Assembly (NCBI GenBank): GCA_045644765.1
Contig: JAZRHM010000013.1
Span: 78,484 to 142,483, forward strand
Source: Alphaproteobacteria bacterium
GTDB taxonomy: Bacteria > Pseudomonadota > Alphaproteobacteria > RF32 > CAG-239
Direction of reading: 5' to 3'
DNA length: 64,000 bases
Below the pieces are notes generated by a model that did not search any database, was not told the DNA's origin, and saw only the letters and a list, made by a program, of their open reading frames with translations. Both the position numbers and the translations under genes were made by a program. Of this stretch, positions 56,349 to 64,000 are shown one piece after another; the first letter of the stretch is position 1; each line of letters starts with the position of its first letter.

Positions 56349-57209
56349 ATGGACAAAATATATTATGATGCTATGAAAACTACTATTACACATGTAGCTT
56401 TATGCTACGATTTTGATGGAACCCTTATTAAAGGAAACATGCAAGAACCTACTTTTATTAAAAAATTAGGTCTCACCACTAAAGAATTTTGGGCTTTAGC
56501 CGATAAACAAACCTTGGAACAATCTGCAGATTCTATCTTAAGTTATATGAAACTTATGTTAGATCAAGCAAGTGCCAAAAAACTTGCTTTCAAACGAGAA
56601 GATTTTGTAGATTGCGGTAAAGAAATGTTGTTTTTCAAAGGCGTAACAACTTGGTTTGAGCGTATAAATGAATATGCTGCAAAGAAAGGTATTAAGGTTT
56701 CTCACTACATTATTTCTTCCGGTTTACAAGAAATGATAGAAGGAACCAAGATTGCCGAACACTTTACCAAGATTTATGCTTCGAGCTTTATGTATGATGA
56801 ATATGGTCGTGCCGTATGGCCTGCCAGAGTGGTCAATTATACTGACAAAACTCAGTATATTACCAGAATCAACAAAGGTTGCTTAGATCCCATGGATGTT
56901 AAAGGTGTAAATAAAGCAATGCCCAAAGAAGAAAGAGCTATACCATTTGAGCATATCATCTACTTCGGAGACGGGGATACTGATGTTCCAAGTATGTCAA
57001 TGGTTAAAAGCCGTGGTGGTCACTGTTTTGCAGTTTATCCTCCTAATAAAAAAGGTGCTAAAAATAAGGCAAGCCATCTTTTAACCGATGGCAGAGTTGA
57101 TTTTGTTTTACCCGCTGACTATTCATCCGGTAAACGCATTGAAAAATGTGTTAAAGGCATAATTGACAAGATTGCTGCTGATGAAAAATTAGCTTCATTA
57201 AAAGGCTAA
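56349..57209 (+). CDS. HAD-superfamily hydrolase (subfamily IB-like)
   Basis: Motif I CYDFDGTL, motif IV FGDGDTDVP. Confidence 0.7.
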   Translation: MDKIYYDAMKTTITHVALCYDFDGTLIKGNMQEPTFIKKLGLTTKEFWALADKQTLEQSADSILSYMKLMLDQASAKKLAFKREDFVDCGKEMLFFKGVTTWFERINEYAAKKGIKVSHYIISSGLQEMIEGTKIAEHFTKIYASSFMYDEYGRAVWPARVVNYTDKTQYITRINKGCLDPMDVKGVNKAMPKEERAIPFEHIIYFGDGDTDVPSMSMVKSRGGHCFAVYPPNKKGAKNKASHLLTDGRVDFVLPADYSSGKRIEKCVKGIIDKIAADEKLASLKG

Positions 57210-57216
57210 AAATTTG

Positions 57217-57246
57217 AACCTCCGATATGTATATCGGAGGTTTTTC
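57217..57246. terminator. Bidirectional terminator
   Basis: aacctccgatat-gt-atatcggaggttttt. Confidence 0.85.
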
Positions 57247-57255
57247 TTTATTGTT

Positions 57256-58191
57256 TTAATAAGTTCTTTTTGCTTCCTGTATTCTTGTTCTATCAATTGT
57301 TGTTTGGCGTGTTTGATGAGTTTCATTAGAATCTCCGTAACTTCTTCCCATCCTTAAATTTTGCAACCCTTCTTTCTTACTAACAGCTTGATTCGTATTG
57401 TTTTGAGTTTCTTGCGGATTATTTAACGGACTTTCCATCAATACAACAGATGGTGTATTTACTCTTTGTTGTTGTAAAGGTTTTCCGTTTCTCATTGCTT
57501 TTATCTCATCAAGAGTTGGCTTTTTCATCGCCGCAGCTCCGGGAGGAGCGGGAGGATTATTGTCGCCGTTATCATCACCTTTATAATGATTCATATTCTT
57601 TGTCATATCTGCATTATGAAGATTGTCAGAAGATGGCAGCTTTGATAAATCTGCATTTTTATTTTGATTGTTATTTGTCTTATCATCATTACCTTTATTA
57701 TCTTTGTCTTTATCTTTATTATTGTTTTTGTTACGTTCACTCGGCAATGGTTTCAATGCTATATCAACAATCACAGAATAAGATTTTTCTTCTTTTTTAC
57801 TTAAAATATCGCTTAATACAAGCTTATCTTGATTTGATTTTGCTTCTATTATATTTGATTCCTCAAGAGCTTTTTCACAAAACATCAAATCTTGCTGATT
57901 CATATCAGGTTCTTTTTCCGAAGCAGTATTCGCAACCTTTTCTGAAACATCTTTGATGGCCGGCGCTTTGGTATCATTATTTTTTGAAACCATATCTTGT
58001 TGCAATTGCATAATTTTTGTTCTTAGTTGCTCTCTTATTTGTTCAATCTTTTGGAGAACTTCTTCTACTTTATGAAGATCTCTTTCTGCCTTTTCAAAAA
58101 AATGAAGTTTTATACCATTTTCATTTTCTTTATCAGAATGTTTTAACTCATAGTTATTTTGCTCTTTATCTTTCTCTTCATTTTCGCTCAT
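57256..58191 (-). CDS. Orphan low-complexity protein (Asn/Asp/Lys-rich) with a polyproline plus WH2/beta-thymosin-like segment and an Arg-rich C-terminus
   Basis: Start at MSENEEKDKE (SD GGAG). Contains ...NNKDKDKDNKGNDDKTNNNQNKN..., NPPAPPGAAAMKKPTLDEIKAMRNGKPLQQQRV, and the tail HQTRQTTIDRTRIQEAKRTY. The track start is 58242. Confidence 0.6.
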   Translation of the reverse strand: MSENEEKDKEQNNYELKHSDKENENGIKLHFFEKAERDLHKVEEVLQKIEQIREQLRTKIMQLQQDMVSKNNDTKAPAIKDVSEKVANTASEKEPDMNQQDLMFCEKALEESNIIEAKSNQDKLVLSDILSKKEEKSYSVIVDIALKPLPSERNKNNNKDKDKDNKGNDDKTNNNQNKNADLSKLPSSDNLHNADMTKNMNHYKGDDNGDNNPPAPPGAAAMKKPTLDEIKAMRNGKPLQQQRVNTPSVVLMESPLNNPQETQNNTNQAVSKKEGLQNLRMGRSYGDSNETHQTRQTTIDRTRIQEAKRTY

Positions 58192-58313
58192 ATGATAAAC
58201 TCCAAATATTGCATTATCTGTTATTTTTATATTGTAACACAATTATATATTTTTATCAACACTTTAATTTATAAAGGAGCTAAAAGCTAGCTCCTTTATA
58301 CAGTAAGATTAAT

Positions 58314-61124
58314 TTATTCCGAAATAGTTTCAGGTTCTAATATTTCATCATTCGATGTTTCATCAACATCAGGAACACTATCTCCTAAAACCTCTGATCC
58401 GGTTTCATTTTCAAGTTCATCGTCATCTCCTTCATCAGCATCAAGCCAAGTAACAGAAACAACTTTTTCATCTTCTGCTGTTCTAAATAAGATTACACCT
58501 TGAGTTTTACGACCGGCAATACGAATATCTTCAACAGGCATTCTGATAAGTTTTCCGCCATCGGTAACCATCATAATTTGGTTATCATTTTCAATTGGGA
58601 ATGAACTTACAACTTCTTTATTACGTGCTGACATTTCCATGTTGGCAATACCTTGTCCGCCACGGCCGGTTACACGATATTCATAAGAAGATGAACGTTT
58701 ACCGTAACCTGTTGTTGTCACTGTTAAAATAAACTCTTCCAATTCTTGCATTTTTGCAAAATCTTCAGCTGTTAACAATGACAATAAGCCTGTTTGTTCT
58801 GCACTTACACAAGCACCCTCACCAATTTCTGCTTCCATACGCTTAATTGCAGATGAAACTCTTAAGTATTCATCTCTTTGTTCAGCATTTGCAGAAATAT
58901 GTTTCAACATTGACATAGAGATAACTTCATCGTTTACGCCAAGCTTAATACCTCTTACACCCGTTGAATTACGTCCAACAAACACACGAACATCTGTTAC
59001 GGGGAATCTGATACATTTACCGCTTTTTGCAGCAAGCATAACATCATTATCTTCGGTACAAAGCATAACATTGACAAGTTTATCGCCTTCATCAAGTTTC
59101 ATGGCAATCTTACCGTTTGACTGAACATTTACAAAATCCATCAAAGAGTTGCGACGAACATTTCCTAGTGCCGTTGCAAACATAATGGAAAGATTTTTAC
59201 AATCTTCCTCGTTTTCCGGAAGTTTCATAATTGTTGTAATATTTTCACCTTCATCAAGTGGCAATAAATTGATAAACGGCTTACCTTTTGAGGTTGGAGA
59301 ACCTAACGGAAGTTTATAAACTTTCATCTTATATACCAAACCTTTTGAAGAGAAGAACAACACAGGTGTGTGTGTAGAAGACACAAACAGTCTGGTAACA
59401 AAATCTTCCTCTTTGGTTGCCATACCAGATTTTCCTTTACCGCCACGTTTTTGTGCTTTGTAAGCATTTAACGGAACACGTTTGATATATCCGGCTTCAG
59501 TAACGGTAACAACCATATCTTCACGCTGAATTAAAGATTCAATATCGGTATCATATTCAATATCTTCAATTTTTGTTAACCTTGGAGTTGCATATTCTTC
59601 CTTAACGGCAACAAGTTCATCACGCATAATACCGTAAAGTTTTTCTCTGCTTGCCAAGATTGATAAAAATTCTTTAATATCTTCACCGATAGCTCTTAAT
59701 TCTTCATGAATTTTATCTCTTTCCAAACCTGTCAAACGTTGCAATTTCAAATCTAAAATTGCTTTTGCCTGTTCTTCTGATAAATTATAAAATCCACCTT
59801 CAACTTTACGGCCCGGCTCATCAATCAAATTAACCAAAGTTTCAACATCACCGGCAGGCCAAGCTTTTGCAAGCAATGCATCTTTTGCTGCTTGCGGATT
59901 TGGAGCTGTTCTGATAAGCTCAATTACCGGGTCTAAGTTTTCAACTGCAATTGCAAGACCTACCAACACATGCGCTCTGTCACGTGCTTTATTAAGTTTG
60001 TAAATTGTTCTGCGACGGATTGTCTCTTCTCTAAACTCAATAAATGCACCGATAATTTCTTTTAATGTAAGCATCATCGGACGACCATGATTGATCGCAA
60101 GCATATTCATACCGAAACTTGTTTGTAACGGTGTATATTTGTAGAGTTGGTTTAATACCACATCTGCTTGAAAATCTTTTTTGATTTCAATAACAACGCG
60201 AACACCTTGTCTGTCAGATTCGTCTCTGATATCTGATATTCCTTCAACACGTTTTTCTTTAACAAGCTCAGCAATACGTGTAACGAGCGCTGCCTTATTT
60301 ACCTGATACGGTATCTCATGAACAATGATAGCTTCTTTATCTTTTCTAAGTTCTTCAATTGTACATTTCGCACGCATCATTACTGAACCGCGACCGGTTA
60401 AATATGCTGATTTTGCGCCACTTTGACCCAAAATCAACCCACCTGTCGGAAAATCCGGCCCGGGAACAATGTTGATTAAATCTTCAGGTGTAATATTCGG
60501 ATTGTCGATATATGCACAACAAGCGTCAATAACTTCACCTAAGTTATGTGGAGGCATATTTGTTGCCATACCTACGGCAATACCGTTTGAACCGTTTACC
60601 AACAAGTTAGGATAACGAGCAGGAAGAACTGTTGGTTCTTGAACACTCTCATCATAGTTTGGCATAAAGTCAACAGTGTCATATTCTATATCTTCAATGA
60701 GCTTATGTGCAACTTTGGCAAGCCTTGCTTCAGTATAACGCATGGCAGCAGCACCATCACCATCCATAGAACCGAAGTTACCTTGACCATCAACAAGAGG
60801 CAAACGCATCGAAAAAGGCTGAGCCATTCTGACCATTGCTTCATAAACAGAACTATCACCATGAGGGTGATATTTACCCAAAACTTCACCCACAATACGA
60901 GCAGATTTACGATAAGGTTTTGTACAGTCATATCCGCTTTCATACATTGCATATATAATACGACGATGAACAGGTTTCAAACCATCTCTGACATCTGGCA
61001 ACGCACGAGACACAATCACACTCATCGCATAATCAAGGTATGATTTGCGCATTTCTTCCGTTATCATTGTCGGTGTAATGTTTTCAGCCACACTTGGCAC
61101 GACCGAATTTTCTAATTCTTCCAT
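58314..61124 (-). CDS. gyrA: DNA gyrase subunit A, with an acidic C-terminal tail
   Basis: [10 protein letters not shown], the [12 protein letters not shown] active-site Tyr motif, and [11 protein letters not shown]. 936 aa. Confidence 0.95.
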   Translation of the reverse strand: MEELENSVVPSVAENITPTMITEEMRKSYLDYAMSVIVSRALPDVRDGLKPVHRRIIYAMYESGYDCTKPYRKSARIVGEVLGKYHPHGDSSVYEAMVRMAQPFSMRLPLVDGQGNFGSMDGDGAAAMRYTEARLAKVAHKLIEDIEYDTVDFMPNYDESVQEPTVLPARYPNLLVNGSNGIAVGMATNMPPHNLGEVIDACCAYIDNPNITPEDLINIVPGPDFPTGGLILGQSGAKSAYLTGRGSVMMRAKCTIEELRKDKEAIIVHEIPYQVNKAALVTRIAELVKEKRVEGISDIRDESDRQGVRVVIEIKKDFQADVVLNQLYKYTPLQTSFGMNMLAINHGRPMMLTLKEIIGAFIEFREETIRRRTIYKLNKARDRAHVLVGLAIAVENLDPVIELIRTAPNPQAAKDALLAKAWPAGDVETLVNLIDEPGRKVEGGFYNLSEEQAKAILDLKLQRLTGLERDKIHEELRAIGEDIKEFLSILASREKLYGIMRDELVAVKEEYATPRLTKIEDIEYDTDIESLIQREDMVVTVTEAGYIKRVPLNAYKAQKRGGKGKSGMATKEEDFVTRLFVSSTHTPVLFFSSKGLVYKMKVYKLPLGSPTSKGKPFINLLPLDEGENITTIMKLPENEEDCKNLSIMFATALGNVRRNSLMDFVNVQSNGKIAMKLDEGDKLVNVMLCTEDNDVMLAAKSGKCIRFPVTDVRVFVGRNSTGVRGIKLGVNDEVISMSMLKHISANAEQRDEYLRVSSAIKRMEAEIGEGACVSAEQTGLLSLLTAEDFAKMQELEEFILTVTTTGYGKRSSSYEYRVTGRGGQGIANMEMSARNKEVVSSFPIENDNQIMMVTDGGKLIRMPVEDIRIAGRKTQGVILFRTAEDEKVVSVTWLDADEGDDDELENETGSEVLGDSVPDVDETSNDEILEPETISE

Positions 61125-61324
61125 TTTTCTTTCCTTTTATATTTTCCAACTGCCGCAAATTTACCAAATTTGATAAAAAATTTAAATTTTTTTTTAACTT
61201 TTATACCCACAAAAAAAGCCATTTTCTTCTCTACGAGCAAAAAAACAGCCTTAAAATCGATTTTTATGTTTTTGACAACCTAAATAGTTAATCACCCTTA
61301 TACATATTTTTGTCAATAAAATGC

Positions 61325-61353
61325 TTGCAAATGTATTATGACCGTGATATACT
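61325..61353 (+). promoter_or_regulatory. Candidate sigma-70 promoter for the TP-repeat protein gene
   Basis: TTGCAA-N17-TATACT, inside the over-extended 5' part of the track ORF. Confidence 0.4.
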
Positions 61354-61387
61354 CACATCAATAATAAATACATTAGGGGATGTTATC

Positions 61388-62752
61388 ATGAATAATCAAG
61401 ATGAAATGTTAAGAAAAAAATCTTTTCAAGGTAAGGTTGAGAGCGCTGTTTGGAGAAAAGGAGCAACTCTGCGCGATATTTTAGATGCTATGGATCAAAT
61501 TAAAGCAGCTGATATTGATCCTAAACAAAAAGCGGCTTTGCTTCAACGTGTCATAGATTATGGACAACATTTATCAGAACAGATACATCTAGGGAAAAGG
61601 CAAATTTCTCCATCTGATGATAACGAAACAATTAAAGAGTTTAATTTGCGCATGCAACACAGTGCATATTCAAAACATCATCATGATAAATTTCACGGAG
61701 AACCTACACATGGCGAAGGATATTATGATAAAAGAGATAATTTTGTTGAAGTTCCTTATTCAAATACATCCGTTTCAACAGACCAAACCGTAAGGGGTGG
61801 AGCTACCAACCCTCGTTGGCATCCTATTCCGTTGAAAGAAGACCCTATAAAACCATTTCCTGTCGATCCTCATGTTATACCGGTTGATCCTCATGATAAT
61901 ACAGGAGTGATTACTCCACCTACACCTACACCTACACCTACACCTACACCGACGCCTACACCTACACCGACGCCGACGCCGACACCGACACCGACGCCGA
62001 TACCAACACCGGTTACGCCTAATGTAAATGACACACCTAATACTCCCGAGAACTCTCAGAAAAAAACAAAAAGAAAACGCAAGACATTGCCATTTATGCT
62101 AGTTCCGGTAATTGCTGCAGTTATTTTAGCGAAAGAATGCAAACCCAGTCCGGTAATTGTCAAAGATTACGAACCGGAGAAAGAAGTACTGGAGGACAGC
62201 ACCAGTATTAGAAGCAACCCAAATGAAAGCGCTTATCTTACTTACACTACAGAAAAAGGAAAAGGCATGCTTAACAAACAAGGGGTTGAAAATGCTGATG
62301 CTGTTTATGATAATTTTGTAAACAATTTTGATAAGATTCCTCAAGAGTTAAAAGATTTGGTTGAAAAATATAACATGGGGACAGCAAAAGATGCTAATAT
62401 AGGAATAGATATAACTGATAATGCTCAAGTTGCTGCTACAACCTTAATTTTAATGGCTGAATCTTATCCTAATATTGCTCCGATAATTCATAAACAAATG
62501 CAAAATCCGGGATCTGAGATATCTCCATCAGAAATTGGTTCATTAAATGTCAGATGTAAAATGGCAGAACATGCACACAAGAAACATGGTGGTGATGAGA
62601 ATGGCAATCATTTAGCCACTTCTGATTATGGACTATACGGAGCGAGTTCAAAAACAGGTCCTTCCGTTAAGTTTTCAACACAAGAAAAAACTATTCATTA
62701 TAATGATGTTGTCGCCGGCGTATTTGAAAAAGGTGAAGCCCATAACTATTAA
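61388..62752 (+). CDS. Orphan single-pass membrane protein with a (Thr-Pro)n linker
   Basis: ATG at 61388 after AGGGGA. (TP)~17 tract, KKTKRKRK then TM LPFMLVPVIAAVILA, and a ~210-aa C-terminal domain. No family recognised. Confidence 0.6.
   Translation: MNNQDEMLRKKSFQGKVESAVWRKGATLRDILDAMDQIKAADIDPKQKAALLQRVIDYGQHLSEQIHLGKRQISPSDDNETIKEFNLRMQHSAYSKHHHDKFHGEPTHGEGYYDKRDNFVEVPYSNTSVSTDQTVRGGATNPRWHPIPLKEDPIKPFPVDPHVIPVDPHDNTGVITPPTPTPTPTPTPTPTPTPTPTPTPTPTPIPTPVTPNVNDTPNTPENSQKKTKRKRKTLPFMLVPVIAAVILAKECKPSPVIVKDYEPEKEVLEDSTSIRSNPNESAYLTYTTEKGKGMLNKQGVENADAVYDNFVNNFDKIPQELKDLVEKYNMGTAKDANIGIDITDNAQVAATTLILMAESYPNIAPIIHKQMQNPGSEISPSEIGSLNVRCKMAEHAHKKHGGDENGNHLATSDYGLYGASSKTGPSVKFSTQEKTIHYNDVVAGVFEKGEAHNY
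61915..62012 (+). repeat. Imperfect hexanucleotide tandem repeat (CCN ACN)n encoding the TP linker
   Basis: cctacacctacacctacacctacaccgacgcctacacctacaccgacgccgacgccgacaccgacaccgacgccgataccaacaccg. Confidence 0.85.
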
Positions 62753-62771
62753 GGCCGACATATTATAGATT

Positions 62772-62800
62772 AAAAAAACTCCAAATATTGGAGTTTTTTT
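62772..62800. terminator. Bidirectional terminator
   Basis: aaaaaaactccaa-atat-tggagttttttt. Confidence 0.85.
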
Positions 62801-62996
62801 AATCTACTTTTTCTATAGCATTTTTTGTTGCGTTATAGCTATCTTTTACAATCTCTTTTGTACCTTCGGCAACATCTTGAGTAACTTCTCCCACCGTTGT
62901 ATCTTTATTGATCCTTCCCTCATAAAACCCGACACCCAAAAGATATATAACTATAAGTAAAAATATATAAAATAAATATTTTAACAGTGTCCCCAT
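62799..62996 (-). CDS. Small membrane-anchored protein (65 aa)
   Basis: N-terminal TM LLKYLFYIFLLIVIYLLGVGF followed by a polar helical tail. SD GGAGGA upstream. Confidence 0.55.
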   Translation of the reverse strand: MGTLLKYLFYIFLLIVIYLLGVGFYEGRINKDTTVGEVTQDVAEGTKEIVKDSYNATKNAIEKVD

Positions 62997-63018
62997 ATAT
63001 CCTCCTATTAAAAAAAAG

Positions 63019-63056
63019 AAACTCCACTAAAGCAAATAATATCTTTAGCGGAGTTT
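63019..63056 (-). terminator. Intrinsic terminator after the SH3-domain gene
   Basis: Minus strand: aaaacuccgcuaaag-auauuauuug-cuuuaguggaguuucuuuuuuuu. Confidence 0.8.
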
Positions 63057-63072
63057 TCAAGATATATTAAAA

Positions 63073-63576
63073 TTAATCCAAATTTTCGTGAGTATATATA
63101 CCAAACAATATTTTCTTAGGAACCCAACCTTCTATTGTATCAAACTTAATTAAACAAAAATCTGAAGATTTAGCACATTTTTTTACTTCACCTATAACGC
63201 CGTCTTCAACTTTTGCAATCACCTTCGATTTGTAGCTGTCATCATTATAAATGTTATTTTCACCAAGTGTCATAACTTTAACAAACCTTTTTCCTGTAAG
63301 CATTGATTGTTTAACCCACGAAACTGATCCTTCCCAATCTTTTACTTTACGCCATACTTCAAATTCATCAATAATCTCAAGAGGAGCTCCTTTTTGTTGA
63401 TATACCCACTCTATCGGATAATTTATTCCCGGACCTGAACGAGCGTTTACCGGTTCGCTGCGTAATGACACCATACGGGGTAAGGCCAGCCCGCTTTTAC
63501 CAATTTTAATTTCATCGGCATTTGCTGGTGTAAAACAAAAAAACATGGCAATTATTGTTAAAAATATTGCTTTCAT
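63073..63576 (-). CDS. Secreted SH3-like domain protein (DUF1058-type, common in Alphaproteobacteria)
   Basis: Signal peptide; GLALPRMVSLRSEPVNARSGPGINYPIEWVYQQKGAPLEIIDEFEVWRKVKDWEGSVSWV pattern. Confidence 0.7.
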   Translation of the reverse strand: MKAIFLTIIAMFFCFTPANADEIKIGKSGLALPRMVSLRSEPVNARSGPGINYPIEWVYQQKGAPLEIIDEFEVWRKVKDWEGSVSWVKQSMLTGKRFVKVMTLGENNIYNDDSYKSKVIAKVEDGVIGEVKKCAKSSDFCLIKFDTIEGWVPKKILFGIYTHENLD

Positions 63577-63648
63577 ATTGTATATCCTTTTCGGTATTGT
63601 TATAATATGGAAGATATATATTAATTTGATAAATAAAAGGTAAAAATT

Positions 63649-64000
63649 ATGGATTTAATTAAAACTGTGCAAGATTTAATTCGTTTCAAGACAATAACCG
63701 GCAATCAACAAGAAATAGATTTATGCCTTGATTATGTCAAGTCAAAAGCTTTAAGCTTTGGTGCTTATGCTGACATACATCGCTTTAATGATGCATCTCC
63801 GGTTATTATGGCAGCAAACACATTAAGCAAAGACCTTGATGTTTTAGTGTTGGGTCATATAGACGTTGTGCCTGCTGTCGATGAAATGTTCACTCCCATC
63901 ATTAAAGATGGTAAAATGTTTGGGAGAGGAACTTTGGATATGAAATCGTTTGTTGCTGTTGCGCTCAATTCTTTACAACATGTAATAGACAACCAATTGA
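63649..64000 (+). CDS. M20-family metallopeptidase (ArgE/DapE/ACY1-like), N-terminal fragment running off the right edge
   Basis: MDLIKTVQDLIRFKTITGNQQE..., LVLGHIDVVPA, GRGTLDMK motifs. Not in the track because it is truncated. Confidence 0.8.
   Translation, partial: MDLIKTVQDLIRFKTITGNQQEIDLCLDYVKSKALSFGAYADIHRFNDASPVIMAANTLSKDLDVLVLGHIDVVPAVDEMFTPIIKDGKMFGRGTLDMKSFVAVALNSLQHVIDNQL

Noticed and set aside
57450-58274. 168-aa and 85-aa plus-strand ORFs
   Set aside because: They are antisense to the low-complexity orphan gene and are Tyr/Leu-rich mirror artefacts of its AAT/GAT/AAA codons.
58271-58300. Hairpin ataaaggagcta-aaa-gctagctcctttat after gyrA
   Set aside because: It is a plausible terminator stem but lacks a clear T-tract, so I did not list it as a feature.
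60639-61043. 134-aa plus-strand and 88-aa minus-strand ORFs
   Set aside because: They lie inside gyrA as antisense or alternate-frame shadows.
1-64000. Searched by eye for mobile elements, prophage, defence systems (restriction, Abi, CBASS, retron or toxin-antitoxin-like pairs), secretion-system genes, and rRNA or tRNA genes
   Set aside because: I recognised no transposase, integrase, reverse transcriptase, nuclease/helicase orphan pair, cas gene, T4SS/T3SS component or stable RNA gene. The accessory content consists of isolated orphan genes rather than an island.

Overview
AT-rich (roughly 30-35% GC by eye) bacterial chromosomal segment using the standard code. It is tightly packed with about 59 protein genes, and almost every transcription unit ends in a clean hairpin plus T-tract terminator. 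Gene content points to an Alphaproteobacterium: GapR/DUF2312, an MbfA-type erythrin-VIT1 protein, MPP-like M16 peptidases, a DUF1058-type SH3 protein, and alphaproteobacterial-style SecY and RpoD. The low GC, eukaryote-like type-2 IleRS, a chlamydial Pmp-type autotransporter and many orphan low-complexity or coiled-coil proteins suggest a host-associated lifestyle, possibly Rickettsiales- or Holosporales-like. That lifestyle call is inference only. I saw no rRNA, tRNA, CRISPR, transposase, integrase or prophage genes. The window is mostly housekeeping: secY, kdsB, mutL, pgi, lspA, fabF-acpP, ldh, gltX, rpoD, uvrB, ugd, ileS, pyk, ppa, mscL, deoC and gyrA. The most unusual items are: (1) a ~470-bp GC-rich array of modular, alternately oriented palindromic elements between the MacB-like permease and the Pmp-type autotransporter, with one solitary relative elsewhere; (2) a translationally coupled three-gene module (small TM protein, ECF sigma, His-rich LTXXQ/Spy-like periplasmic protein) behind an ECF-type promoter; (3) an Ile-rich mini-ORF ending inside a hairpin plus U8 tract upstream of ileS; (4) several orphan candidate effector genes, including one with a polyproline plus WH2/beta-thymosin-like motif, one with a minimal kinase-like motif pattern, one with a (TP)n linker encoded by a hexanucleotide repeat, and a coupled two-gene orphan operon. 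No tools were run, so all family calls rest on motifs I recognise by eye. Coordinates of features not in the ORF track may be off by 1-2 nt.
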